NCBI GenBank assembly: GCA_964562015.1
Contig: CAZLRH010000009.1
Span: 83,557 to 147,556 of the forward strand
Origin: an uncultured Opitutales bacterium
GTDB lineage: Bacteria > Verrucomicrobiota > Verrucomicrobiia > Opitutales > JABDGR01
Direction of reading: 5' to 3'
DNA: 64,000 bases
The notes under the pieces were generated by a model. That model saw nothing but the letters and a program-made list of their open reading frames with translations. It was not told where the DNA came from and did no database searches. Shown piece after piece: positions 45,988 to 55,411 of this stretch. The stretch's first letter is position 1; the number at the start of each line of letters is the position of its first letter. The position numbers and the translations under genes are program-made.

Positions 45988-48493
45988 CGGCGGAGAATTC
46001 AATCAGGGGAGAAAGGTGGGCGGCGTCGGGGCCGTAAAGCAAGGCCCAGGGGGCGGTGGTGCGGGCCCAGTTGGGCTGGGTGGCGGCCAGGGCCTGGGCC
46101 TCGTCCTGTGTGATGGTGTTTTTTAATTTTTCCACAGCTAGGCGGGTTTGGTCAACATCAACGGGATCCGGTCGTTCGCCGACTGGATTGTCGCGCAACT
46201 GCTTTTCGAGGCTGGCAAGGGTCTCCTGTAGCTGGGCCAAATCCGTTTTTTCGCTGAGTGCGGCCTGGCGGCGCTGGTCGGCGAACCACGCGGGGGTGTA
46301 TCCGACGCTGGCAAGTTCAGTCGCCGGTTTCCCCGCGAGCGCCGCGAACCCCGCCGCCACTATGGTGCTGCGATTCGGCGGCAACAGCCAAAACGGCGCG
46401 GGCGCATGAATGGTTAATCCGCGGGCCAGCCACGCAGGGAGGGCGAGCCGGGTGGGTTCGTTTTGCGCAGCGAGCCAGGCCACCGGCAGGCGCAGGGGTT
46501 TCCACGTCGGCGCCCCGCCGGGCGGCAGGCGTAATAGCAAATAAACGGCCGGGCCGGAGTCACGGCTTAGCCGCACCCAAAAATGGTCGGTGCCCGCCCG
46601 CAACGCCGCATTGCCGGGATTTTGTTTGAAAAAATCACTCTCGGCGGTGAAGACCCGCCACGTCAAACGCACGGCACCCGGACCTTCGGCCAGCAATTGC
46701 AGGAAGCGGCCGCCGGAAGCTCCGCGCGAGGCATCCGGCAATACGATAAAATCGCCGGGCGAGAAATCCTCGCCGCGCAGGTCAAAATGAAACCACTGGT
46801 CGTCGGGCGGCAGGCTGAAATTGGCGGCGGTCACCGCCGCGGCGTGAATCGCCAGGGTGGGCGACTGGAGCAGCGCGGTGACTTCAGGTATTTTAAGCGT
46901 GCCGCTGAATTCCTGGTAGTCGGGGCCTGCGCCTGCGCTGGTGAGATGGTCCACGAGCCAGACCGGGGCGTTGGGCAATCGGGCGATAACGGCCAGTTCG
47001 CTGTCGATTCTGGACCACGCTTGCGTAAGGGCTGCGGCGTCGGGCAAAGGCCAGGTGGTGGGAAAATCACGCAAATCCGCCATCTGCGCGGCCAACGCCT
47101 GCCGGGCGGCGGCGTCCAAGGGCCCGGCCTCGAGGCGCGCCGTGATTTCCTGCAGTTGATTTTGCCAGTCCTTTTGCGCGCCGGGCAAAAGGGTTGAGCG
47201 GAAATAGTCTTCATGCACCTGCGCGAGCTCCGGCGAAGAGACGACCAGGGTCTTCCATAATCCGAGGGCTTTATAAAATTGGCCATCCCGCGCCAGATTT
47301 TGAAGATCGATAAACTGCTGCTGATTGGCGATGGCAGTCGTCGCGGAACTGAGGGTGGTCGCGGGCGAGGGCGGTTGTTGATTCGGCACGCTGGCCGAAG
47401 GTTTGGTCGGGGCCGTAACTGTCACTGTTTCCGGCGGGGGCGGCGCCGGAGTGGGTGCTGCCGGCACCAGCCACATCCACAGAAGTACCCCCACGCCTCC
47501 GGCCAACAACACCCCGAGGCCAATCACCAATCCATTCACCTTTTTATCCACGGTCGTCTTGGACGCCGTCGTGTTTGTAACAGGCGGTGCGGGCAGCGCC
47601 GCCGCCGGTGGCGCGGCTGGCGGAGTTTTCGCGAGGGGCAATGATGGGGTTGAAGTTGTCGCAGCGACCGGCGTGCGCGGACGGGGAGGGGCGGCGCCCG
47701 CGGCGTCACCTTGTCGCGCGCGGCGTGAAACCGCATTCGCGGGTGGAGCCGGCAATAGGGAAAGCTGGGTGAGGTCGAGCATCTCTATGGGCCGCGTGGT
47801 CGCGCCTTCGGCCGGCAAGTCTTTGCGTTGCGCGGCCCAGCAGAAATCTGTCGCACTGTCGGAGCTTTGGAGCGCGGTGACAAACTCGGTGCGCCACGCC
47901 TCGGAGTTATCCATCAACGCCGAGGATTCGCGGAAAAGAGGCAGCAAAAGATTTTCTTGCGCGGAGGTGCAGCGCACCAAGCGCCGGGCGGGTCGCACGC
48001 CTTCGAGCAGGAGGGCGGCGTGGCCGGCATCGCCGGTAAGATTCTGCCAGGTCCGCGCCGGCAACGCGGGCTGCGGGGCGGGCGGCAGTTGCTGCAAGTC
48101 CACCAAGGCGGCGTCGTCCAGCCAGCGAGGCTCAGCGTCCCAGCGATTGAGCCAGCCGGGCCAGCGCAGAAAAATATCCGCCGGCGTCGGCAACCCGGCA
48201 ATTTCCGCCGGTTCCAGCAACAAATGATGCGCTAGAAAATTGGTGCGGCGGGTATAATCGTGGCCGGCGTCCACCAGCCGTGACAACAGCGGAAAGCGCT
48301 GGCCCGCGAGTTCCAGCAAGCGGAATGAGCAAATCACCGGCGCGGGCTGCCAGCCGTGCGGATACACGCTCAGGCCCTCAATCATCGGCACCAGCCTTTC
48401 GCGCAAATCGCCGTGCCGCGCCACCGTGCAAAAGCCTGTGCGGCCGGGCGTCAACCCCTGCGGGGCGCTGGTAAACACAAGTTGCCGGGCCAT
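45965..48493 (-). CDS. GAP1-N2/GAP1-M-like domain protein with Pro-rich linker, TM helix and extracytoplasmic domain
   Basis: N-terminus QLVFTSAPQGLTPGRTGFCTVA..YTRRTNFLAHHLLL..W matches the GAP1-N2 pattern as I recall it; TWQNLTGDAGHA..W..F.T resembles GAP1-M; TM at about aa 322-344. Confidence 0.75.
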   Translation of the reverse strand: MARQLVFTSAPQGLTPGRTGFCTVARHGDLRERLVPMIEGLSVYPHGWQPAPVICSFRLLELAGQRFPLLSRLVDAGHDYTRRTNFLAHHLLLEPAEIAGLPTPADIFLRWPGWLNRWDAEPRWLDDAALVDLQQLPPAPQPALPARTWQNLTGDAGHAALLLEGVRPARRLVRCTSAQENLLLPLFRESSALMDNSEAWRTEFVTALQSSDSATDFCWAAQRKDLPAEGATTRPIEMLDLTQLSLLPAPPANAVSRRARQGDAAGAAPPRPRTPVAATTSTPSLPLAKTPPAAPPAAALPAPPVTNTTASKTTVDKKVNGLVIGLGVLLAGGVGVLLWMWLVPAAPTPAPPPPETVTVTAPTKPSASVPNQQPPSPATTLSSATTAIANQQQFIDLQNLARDGQFYKALGLWKTLVVSSPELAQVHEDYFRSTLLPGAQKDWQNQLQEITARLEAGPLDAAARQALAAQMADLRDFPTTWPLPDAAALTQAWSRIDSELAVIARLPNAPVWLVDHLTSAGAGPDYQEFSGTLKIPEVTALLQSPTLAIHAAAVTAANFSLPPDDQWFHFDLRGEDFSPGDFIVLPDASRGASGGRFLQLLAEGPGAVRLTWRVFTAESDFFKQNPGNAALRAGTDHFWVRLSRDSGPAVYLLLRLPPGGAPTWKPLRLPVAWLAAQNEPTRLALPAWLARGLTIHAPAPFWLLPPNRSTIVAAGFAALAGKPATELASVGYTPAWFADQRRQAALSEKTDLAQLQETLASLEKQLRDNPVGERPDPVDVDQTRLAVEKLKNTITQDEAQALAATQPNWARTTAPWALLYGPDAAHLSPLIEFSADATGSTP

Positions 48494-48534
48494 GGAAGAT
48501 TCGCGGATCGCAGTAAAAATTCAGGAAGCCAAAT

Positions 48535-50967
48535 TCAAGCCTTGGTCGGCGAGCCCGCCACGGTTGCCGGGGCCGGCGTCACGTGCACCACCACGGTTCC
48601 GCGGATGTCATCTGAGGCTGCGCCGACGCGCAATTCGTACGCGCCCGGGTTCACAATATAGCTGTGTGTGGTCGCGTCCCACCGCCGCAAAACTTCGGCC
48701 CGAATTTTCAAATTCACGGTCACTTGCTGGCCCTTCGCAAGGGCGACGCGTTGAAAGGCGCAGAGGCGCTCGCGGGGCAGGTTAGGCGCGGTGGAGTCGG
48801 CTTCATGCGCATAAATTTGCACGACTTCCTCGCCGTCACGCTCACCCGTGTTGGCCACGTCCACCGTCACTTCGATGGTTTCCGTCGCTCCGACACTTTC
48901 CTGGCCGAGCTTCACCGCGCCGTACTTGAACTGGGTAAAGCTCAGGCCATGACCAAAGGCAAATTCGGGCTTCCCGGAAAAATAGCGGTAAGTACGGTTG
49001 GACATGCTGTAATTTTCGAACGCCGGCAAGTCTGCCGTGCCACGGTAAAAGGTGATGGGCAGGCGGCCGGCGGGATTGTAGTCGCCAAAGAGCACATCGG
49101 CCACCGCGGTGCCGCCGTTTTCGCCGGGATACCAGGCCTGCAAAATGGCCGGGAGATTGTCGGCCTCCCAGCGCATGGCCATGGCGCTGCCACTGCAATT
49201 CACGAAAATGACGGGCTTGCCCAGCGCCTGCAGGGCCTGGAGCAACTCCGTCTGCACCGCCGGCAATTCGATGCGGGTACGGTCGCCGCCGGAAAAACCG
49301 TCGACATCGATGCTCATTTCTTCGCCCTCCAGTTGCGCGGTGATACCGCCGACAAAAATCACCGCATCGGCCTGGCGCGCGAGGTCGAGGGCAACCGCCG
49401 GATCCGGTGCCGCGATATTGGCGTTCCGATTTCGTGCGCCATAATAGCCCGTAACCAGCGGGCACCCCGGCGCATAGGTGACCTCGATGCCGGTGATATT
49501 CGCGGCGTTGCGGATGCCTTGCAAAATGGTGATGGGATGCGAGGGCGTGCCGTTGTAATTGCCCAGCAGCATCGTCAGTGAATCCGCATTGGGGCCGATG
49601 ACCGCGAGGCGCTTGACTTTCGTGCGGTCAAGTGGCAGCACGCCCGCGTTTTTCAACAGGACCATCGATTCGCGGGCGGCCTGGAGCGCGAGGGCGGAAT
49701 GCGCGGGCGTATCCACATCCGCGAGGCTGAGTTTCGCAAATGGCACTTTTTCCGGTGGGTCGAACAAGCCCAATTGAAAGCGCCCCGCCAGCACGCGATG
49801 CAGCGCGAGGTTGATGTCGGCTTCACTGACCAAACCTTGTTGCGCCGCGGCGATGAGATAGTTGAAGGTGCGCCCGCAGTTGAGGTCGTCGCCCGCTTTG
49901 AGCGCGACGGCCGCGGCCTCGGCGGGCGTGGCCACCAGCAGGTGGGTTTGGAAAATGTCCGCCACGGCGTCGCAGTCCGACACGACATAGCCCTTAAACC
50001 CCCACTGATTGCGCAAAATCTGCGTGAGCAGCAGGGGGCTACCGGTGGCCGAGGCGCCGTACACGCGGTTGTACGCACTCATCACGCAGCCGACGTTCGC
50101 CTCGCGCACCGCCGCCTCGAAATGCGGCAGGTAGTTGTCGAAAAAATCCGTTTCCGTCGGTTCCACGTCCACCTCGTGGCGCGTGGATTCCGGTCCGCTG
50201 TGCACGGCAAAATGTTTGGCGCAGGCCAGCGCCTTCACGTAATTCGGATCGTCGCCCTGCAAGCCCTCGATGAAAGCCACGCCCATGCGCGCCGTCAAAA
50301 AAGTATCCTCGCCGTAAGTCTCCTGGCCCCGGCCCCAGCGCGGATCGCGAAAGAGATTGATGTTCGGCGTCCAGAAAGTGAGGCCGAAATAGCGGGCGCT
50401 GCCGCCGTAGGTGGCGAAATAGTCGTTGTACTTGCCGCGCGCTTCGGTGGCGATGGTGTCGGCGACGGTCTGGACCAGCGGCGTGTCCCACGTCGCCGCG
50501 AGTCCGATGGTTTGCGGGAAAACCGTGGCCACGCCCGCCCGCGCCACCCCGTGCAGCGCCTCGTTCCAATAATCATAGGCGGGCAAATTCAGCCGGCGAA
50601 TCGAAATCGCACCATTGAGCAGCTGGCTCACTTTTTCCCGGAGAGACATCCGGGCGATCAAATCATCCACGCGTTCATCCCGCGGCTTGGAGGGGTCGGT
50701 GTAAATCACCGGCGTGGTCACATTCGGAATCGCATCCACTTCGACCGGCCCGGGCAGCGCGGGGGCCTCCAGTGCGCCATACACCAAACCTGGCGCATGC
50801 CAAACCGGCAGCGCCTCCCACGAGGCGAAACGCATAAAACCGCCAAGGGGCTTGGCGCTGGCGGAGGGCGCGGCGGGGACGTTGCAACCGCAATCGCTGT
50901 CCTCCACCACGTCCGCGCGGGCCAGCACGGCGAGGAGGGCGGCGGCCAGGATGGCGGGAAATTTCAT
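48535..50967 (-). CDS. Secreted GH3 beta-glucosidase/xylosidase with a C-terminal Fn3-like domain
   Basis: Signal peptide MKFPAILAAALLAVLARA; WNEALHGVAR, TVFPQTIG, NINLFRDPRWGRGQETYGED, KHFAVH, VVSDC (nucleophile Asp), EGEE, YPGENGG, GEEVVQIY. Confidence 0.93.
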   Translation of the reverse strand: MKFPAILAAALLAVLARADVVEDSDCGCNVPAAPSASAKPLGGFMRFASWEALPVWHAPGLVYGALEAPALPGPVEVDAIPNVTTPVIYTDPSKPRDERVDDLIARMSLREKVSQLLNGAISIRRLNLPAYDYWNEALHGVARAGVATVFPQTIGLAATWDTPLVQTVADTIATEARGKYNDYFATYGGSARYFGLTFWTPNINLFRDPRWGRGQETYGEDTFLTARMGVAFIEGLQGDDPNYVKALACAKHFAVHSGPESTRHEVDVEPTETDFFDNYLPHFEAAVREANVGCVMSAYNRVYGASATGSPLLLTQILRNQWGFKGYVVSDCDAVADIFQTHLLVATPAEAAAVALKAGDDLNCGRTFNYLIAAAQQGLVSEADINLALHRVLAGRFQLGLFDPPEKVPFAKLSLADVDTPAHSALALQAARESMVLLKNAGVLPLDRTKVKRLAVIGPNADSLTMLLGNYNGTPSHPITILQGIRNAANITGIEVTYAPGCPLVTGYYGARNRNANIAAPDPAVALDLARQADAVIFVGGITAQLEGEEMSIDVDGFSGGDRTRIELPAVQTELLQALQALGKPVIFVNCSGSAMAMRWEADNLPAILQAWYPGENGGTAVADVLFGDYNPAGRLPITFYRGTADLPAFENYSMSNRTYRYFSGKPEFAFGHGLSFTQFKYGAVKLGQESVGATETIEVTVDVANTGERDGEEVVQIYAHEADSTAPNLPRERLCAFQRVALAKGQQVTVNLKIRAEVLRRWDATTHSYIVNPGAYELRVGAASDDIRGTVVVHVTPAPATVAGSPTKA

Positions 50968-50990
50968 GGCAGGGATTCGACCGGCTTGGC

Positions 50991-52838
50991 TCACGCCCGG
51001 CCGGACGCTGGCACCAAATGGGGCGCCAGCTTGGAAAGCGCCCACAGCGTCGGGATTTCGATCTGGATGGGAAGAATCTGGCGCGGATCGGGGGCGAGAA
51101 ACCCCGCGGCCGGGCCGGTTTCAATGTGTGCGGGCGAATGGCCAAAGGCACTGACCGGAAAATAGCGCACATGGTGCGCCAGGCCCTCGGCGTGGGCGAC
51201 AATCACCGGGTCCACCTTGATCATGAATTCGCGCAGCCGCTCCGAATTCGCATCCACGATGGCATGGTCAAGCCGGCCGTCATGCAGCGGGGACTTGAAC
51301 GCCGGCCAGTCCACCAAATGCTTCCACACGTCGCACTTGCCGATGAGCATCGCGAGCGGGGTCTCGATTTTGCGGCCCGGTTCGAGCACGAGCAGGCGCT
51401 TCACGCGCATTTCCATCTCGGCCAGGATGCTGTCCTGCTGGTCCAGCCGCGTTTGCTGCGAGATTTGCGGGTCGCTCGAATCGGTCAGGATGGAGCGAAA
51501 GCCGAAATTCGAGGTCGGGTCGAACAGGAAGAAGATGGCGGCGGAGCTGGCCACGTGCAGCGCCCCTGGCGAATCGTCGAGGTCCACGCCCGGCTCGAAA
51601 TGCTCGCCCGCGTTGTCGTAAAAAATGACGGAACAATCCGCGCCTTGGGCGGCCTCGTCCGCGGCGGCCTCCTCGGCGGCGGCAAATTCCCGGTGTGCGG
51701 CGTGGCCCAGGGTGTAAATGAAGGGGCGGGGCAGGGCCACCATCTTGCCATAACGCGGAAACCGCTCGTACATCGCGCCCTCGAGCGCGGTTTTCGCCAG
51801 CACGGCGTCCTGCGGCTTCGAGGCCGAGAACAACCGGCTTTTCATTTGGTTGAGCAGCATGTTGCCCGTCGGGTCGCCGTCCTTCAGCACCAATCCGAAT
51901 TCCCGGTAGAGCGCGTGCTGGAGCGTGCGCAGGAGAATGGCCAGGTAATAGGACTTGCCCGCGCTGGGCGCGCCCACAATGGAAAAAATGTGATGGGGAA
52001 TATCCAGAAATCCCGGTGGAAGCTTGCGGCGGCAATGCGGGCAGGCCAGGTCCGCCGAGGGCATCCCCATCGGGTCGATGGCCTGGCCGAGATCGTTGAA
52101 GCGCGTCGGAAAAAACCGCAGGCGGGCGTCTTCGCCGAGCACCGGGTCGCCGCGCAGGCTGTCGTGGGCCGCGATGTTCATGGCGTCGCCAATGTCAAAC
52201 TTCTGCCAGCACACCGGGCACGTCAGCGCGCCGTGCGTGCCGTCCAGCGTCACGGCTTCGGACGGCGTGGCGGGCGGCGGCTTTATCTCGACGCCGAGCA
52301 CGCCGAAAACCTGCGTCAGGTAAAATCCCGCGTTCAGGCCCAGCGGAGCGGCGGCGAACTGCGCCGGGTTCAACCCGCGCTGTTGGATGAAGCCCGGCAC
52401 GTCGCGAAATCGCGTGACGCCGACCGTCTCGCCATTATCCAGCCGGTAAATGCGCCAGTCGTCGGCTTGCACTTTGGCCAACGCTTGTTCGGCTTCGTCG
52501 CCGGCCGCGAGCGCCACCAGGTCGCGGCCAATTTGCAACGACGCCAAGCCGGCCGCGGGCAAGTCCGTCGCGACCGTCAGGGCCTGCCCATTGAGATAGG
52601 CGATGCCCGGTGATTCCGGCGTCACGCGAAAACCATTGGGCGTCGTATCGACGAGACAGCCGGCTTCGCCCGGCGCGAGGCTTAGGGCCGTCCAGGCGGA
52701 ATCAGCGCCATGGCCCAGCCGGCAGGGAAATTTGCCCAATTCACTTTGCTGCCCGCGCAAACAATCAAGCAAAACCAGATGCGGACGCCCCAGCGACTTC
52801 TTGGCCAGCGAGAGCAGGTTGGGCAGGGGCAGGGACAT
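50991..52838 (-). CDS. TRAFAC-class GTPase (DO-GTPase2-like) with N-terminal FHA-like and GYF-like domains and a Zn ribbon
   Basis: CPVC...CPHC; Walker A GAPSAGKS; G3 DNAGEHF; FLFDP; G4 GKCD; C-terminal YFPVSAFG. Start placed at ATG 52838. Confidence 0.8.
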   Translation of the reverse strand: MSLPLPNLLSLAKKSLGRPHLVLLDCLRGQQSELGKFPCRLGHGADSAWTALSLAPGEAGCLVDTTPNGFRVTPESPGIAYLNGQALTVATDLPAAGLASLQIGRDLVALAAGDEAEQALAKVQADDWRIYRLDNGETVGVTRFRDVPGFIQQRGLNPAQFAAAPLGLNAGFYLTQVFGVLGVEIKPPPATPSEAVTLDGTHGALTCPVCWQKFDIGDAMNIAAHDSLRGDPVLGEDARLRFFPTRFNDLGQAIDPMGMPSADLACPHCRRKLPPGFLDIPHHIFSIVGAPSAGKSYYLAILLRTLQHALYREFGLVLKDGDPTGNMLLNQMKSRLFSASKPQDAVLAKTALEGAMYERFPRYGKMVALPRPFIYTLGHAAHREFAAAEEAAADEAAQGADCSVIFYDNAGEHFEPGVDLDDSPGALHVASSAAIFFLFDPTSNFGFRSILTDSSDPQISQQTRLDQQDSILAEMEMRVKRLLVLEPGRKIETPLAMLIGKCDVWKHLVDWPAFKSPLHDGRLDHAIVDANSERLREFMIKVDPVIVAHAEGLAHHVRYFPVSAFGHSPAHIETGPAAGFLAPDPRQILPIQIEIPTLWALSKLAPHLVPASGRA

Positions 52839-53020
52839 GACTGGGTAACGGGCGCGAGCGTGGGTGGGGAACAAGGCGCGACGCGGCCCTCATTGTCCCG
52901 CAATCCCCGTAGGTTTGCCAATCCTGAAAAATCACCCGGTGTGGCCGTCCCTTGAACCGCAAATAGCGGTGGACAAACCGGCCCGGCCCGCGAACACTGG
53001 CCCCCGGAAAATTTTTCTGC

Positions 53021-53419
53021 ATGGATCCCGACGAACAACAAATCCGCGACCTGATTGATGCTTGGATGCAGGCTTCCCAGGCCGGCGACGCCGACCGCCT
53101 GCACGGCATGATGGCGGAAGATGTCGTATTCCTCCGGCCCGGCCTGCCGCCGATGCGGGGTCGCGCGGCCTTTGTGGCGGGTTTCCGGAACGCGATGGAT
53201 CACGTCCGCCTCGAACTGCTTTCGAACATCCAGGAAATCACCCTTTCAGGCGACCTCGCCTTTTGCTGGAATCAGTTGAACGTGACCGCCATTCCCCGGC
53301 GCGGCGGACCCGCCATGCGCCATTCCGGCAACGTGCTCTCCATGTTGCGCAAGCTGCCTGAGGGCAACTGGGTCATCGCCCGCGATGCCAACATGCTCAT
53401 CCCCGAAGCGATGCAATAA
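53021..53419 (+). CDS. NTF2-like SnoaL/DUF4440 (SgcJ/EcaC-like) protein
   Basis: DEQQIRDLIDAWMQASQAGD..EDVVFL..PMRGR..GNVLSMLRK..GNWVIARD. Confidence 0.85.
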   Translation: MDPDEQQIRDLIDAWMQASQAGDADRLHGMMAEDVVFLRPGLPPMRGRAAFVAGFRNAMDHVRLELLSNIQEITLSGDLAFCWNQLNVTAIPRRGGPAMRHSGNVLSMLRKLPEGNWVIARDANMLIPEAMQ

Positions 53420-53434
53420 ACCGAAGAGCGGGTT

Positions 53435-54682
53435 CTAGCTCGCCTTGCCGACTACGATAACATCGAGGAAGGAAGGCCCGTTGTTGCCACCGCCGCCACG
53501 GCGGCCACCGCCTGCGCGGGCGCCTGCCGGAGGAGCGCCTGCACCGGGAGCCGCCGCCACGCTGGCCGGAGCACCTGCTGAAGTCGTGGCCGGAGCTGCC
53601 GCTGCCGCCGGAGCGGGAGTTGCTGCCGCGGTGGTTGCGGGAGGCGTGGCGGCCGGGGCCGCTTCCGTGGTGATGACGATGACGTGACCGGTCTTCGCAT
53701 CGAGCGTGCAGGTCTTTGCGCCCTGCTGGGTCGTCACGGTCGGCTCCAAGGCAAAACTCGTCGGGCTGTTTTCCTTGATGATGGAAAGGGTGCCGTTGCC
53801 GTGGGAGCTAAAGGCTTCCATGGTGGCCGGATTGAAAACCGCGCCATCGCTGCTGCCGGCGAGCGGTAGGGTGGTGATGATTTTGCCGTCCGTGGCGCTG
53901 AGAATCACGCACGTCGGCCCGCCGCTGCCCGCGGAACCGCGGCACATGGCAAACAGAATGTGATTTTTGTTATCCAAGGCCAGGCCCGCTGCCCCGCCGC
54001 CCGACGGACCGAGGTCGTAGTGCCCCGTGACCTTGAGGGTCTTGGCATCCACCACGGCGATGCAGCCTTGGTCCTCGACGTCGAAATAAAGATGGCCTTG
54101 GCCATCCGAAGCTCCCTGCTCGATGGCGCCATTGGTGTCGTCTTTGCCGAGTTTGTCCACCGTGCCGACAATGGAGCCGTCCTTCGAATCGATGACCAGC
54201 AAGTTAGGCGCGCGGTGGCTGAGAATGAAGAAATGATGTGTCGCGGCGTCGAACAAGATGCCGTCGGCGCCGGGCGCGGGAATGGTTTTGATCTGTGCCA
54301 GCGTTTCGATATTCCACATCACCGCCGGGTCGCCCGAGCAAATGCCCGTTTTGTTTTCCGGGTCCACCACCGCGCCGTGCGCGCGCGCGTTGGAGATGTT
54401 ACCCACGGCTTTCAGTGTATCGAGATCGTAGATGCCGACCTCAGTGCCGCGCGGGACGTAAAGACGCCGGTTCGCGCTGTCCGCGAAAACGTAATCGAGG
54501 CCGCCGGTGCCCATGAACTGGGCCTTGTTGACTACTTTATAAGTGGCGGGGCCGGTGGGGGCGGCGGGAGCAGCCGCCGGAGTGGCGGGGGCGGGTTGGG
54601 CAAAAATCGTCGTGGCTGGGAGCATGGCTCCAACTACCAGCAACGCGCGCAAAACAGGAGAAGAGGTATTCATCGTGCGCAC
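53435..54682 (-). CDS. Secreted YncE/YVTN-type beta-propeller protein
   Basis: Signal peptide; GGLDYVFAD..RRLYVPRG, GADGILFD, LYFDVED, TQQGAKTCTLD; Ala/Pro-rich loop before the last strand. Confidence 0.8.
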   Translation of the reverse strand: MRTMNTSSPVLRALLVVGAMLPATTIFAQPAPATPAAAPAAPTGPATYKVVNKAQFMGTGGLDYVFADSANRRLYVPRGTEVGIYDLDTLKAVGNISNARAHGAVVDPENKTGICSGDPAVMWNIETLAQIKTIPAPGADGILFDAATHHFFILSHRAPNLLVIDSKDGSIVGTVDKLGKDDTNGAIEQGASDGQGHLYFDVEDQGCIAVVDAKTLKVTGHYDLGPSGGGAAGLALDNKNHILFAMCRGSAGSGGPTCVILSATDGKIITTLPLAGSSDGAVFNPATMEAFSSHGNGTLSIIKENSPTSFALEPTVTTQQGAKTCTLDAKTGHVIVITTEAAPAATPPATTAAATPAPAAAAAPATTSAGAPASVAAAPGAGAPPAGARAGGGRRGGGGNNGPSFLDVIVVGKAS

Positions 54683-54802
54683 GTTGTAGCAGGCCCACCA
54701 TTACCTCAAGATTATGCGTTCGTGACGCTCAATGAAGATATATTTCATCGCCGTTATGGTATTTATCCACCCACCATCAAGTATGATCACGGTCCAGTCG
54801 CC

Positions 54803-55324
54803 TTAATCACGAGCATGTTTTTCCAGCAACCCCTCAATCAACTCCGCCAGGGGCTGAAAGTTTTCCGCGAGCCGGAGTATAATCTTCACACTTTCCTCCG
54901 GGCTGGCTTTGACCCAGCCTTGCATAAGGGTTTGCGGGCCGAAATCCGTCCGCACCTTGGGCCAGTGTTTCTTGTAGGGGCGAAAGCCCGCGCGAAAAGC
55001 CGCCGCAAACTTTCGGCTCTCCAACGCATAGCCTTCCAATTGCCGCAATTTCAGCGCGTGGATGTTGTAATGCATCCGGCCCGCTGCGGCAAATTGCTCA
55101 TCGACCCACACGGAAAAGAAAAGGCCGGAGGCATTGCGCACTGCGGCGGTCGGGTCGTTACTCCAATGCGCCCGCCGCAATTTAAACACGACGCATTCCG
55201 GTTTCGCATGGCTCGGCGACCAGCCCGTCTTACACACCCAATCGTCCGCGAACCACGGCTCATATCGGATACGCGCTTGGGCTTGCGCAAAGGGCCGGAA
55301 ATAGCAATTGAACAAGGGCGTCAT
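54803..55324 (-). CDS. Hypothetical protein
   Basis: 173-aa non-repetitive ORF (FFSVWVDE, HYNIHALKLRQL, FGPQTLMQGW); no function recognised. Confidence 0.6.
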   Translation of the reverse strand: MTPLFNCYFRPFAQAQARIRYEPWFADDWVCKTGWSPSHAKPECVVFKLRRAHWSNDPTAAVRNASGLFFSVWVDEQFAAAGRMHYNIHALKLRQLEGYALESRKFAAAFRAGFRPYKKHWPKVRTDFGPQTLMQGWVKASPEESVKIILRLAENFQPLAELIEGLLEKHARD

Positions 55325-55411
55325 GGGTAATCACACGCAGCGAATCAGCATCATATTAACGCGTGAGGGACGCGAGGCATCTTGCCCCGATGCCATGGTG
55401 GCCTTCAACCC

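Noticed and set aside
53520-53680. Ala/Pro-rich insertion near the C-terminus of the YncE-like protein
   Set aside because: Low-complexity loops at this position are common in this family; nothing specific to report.
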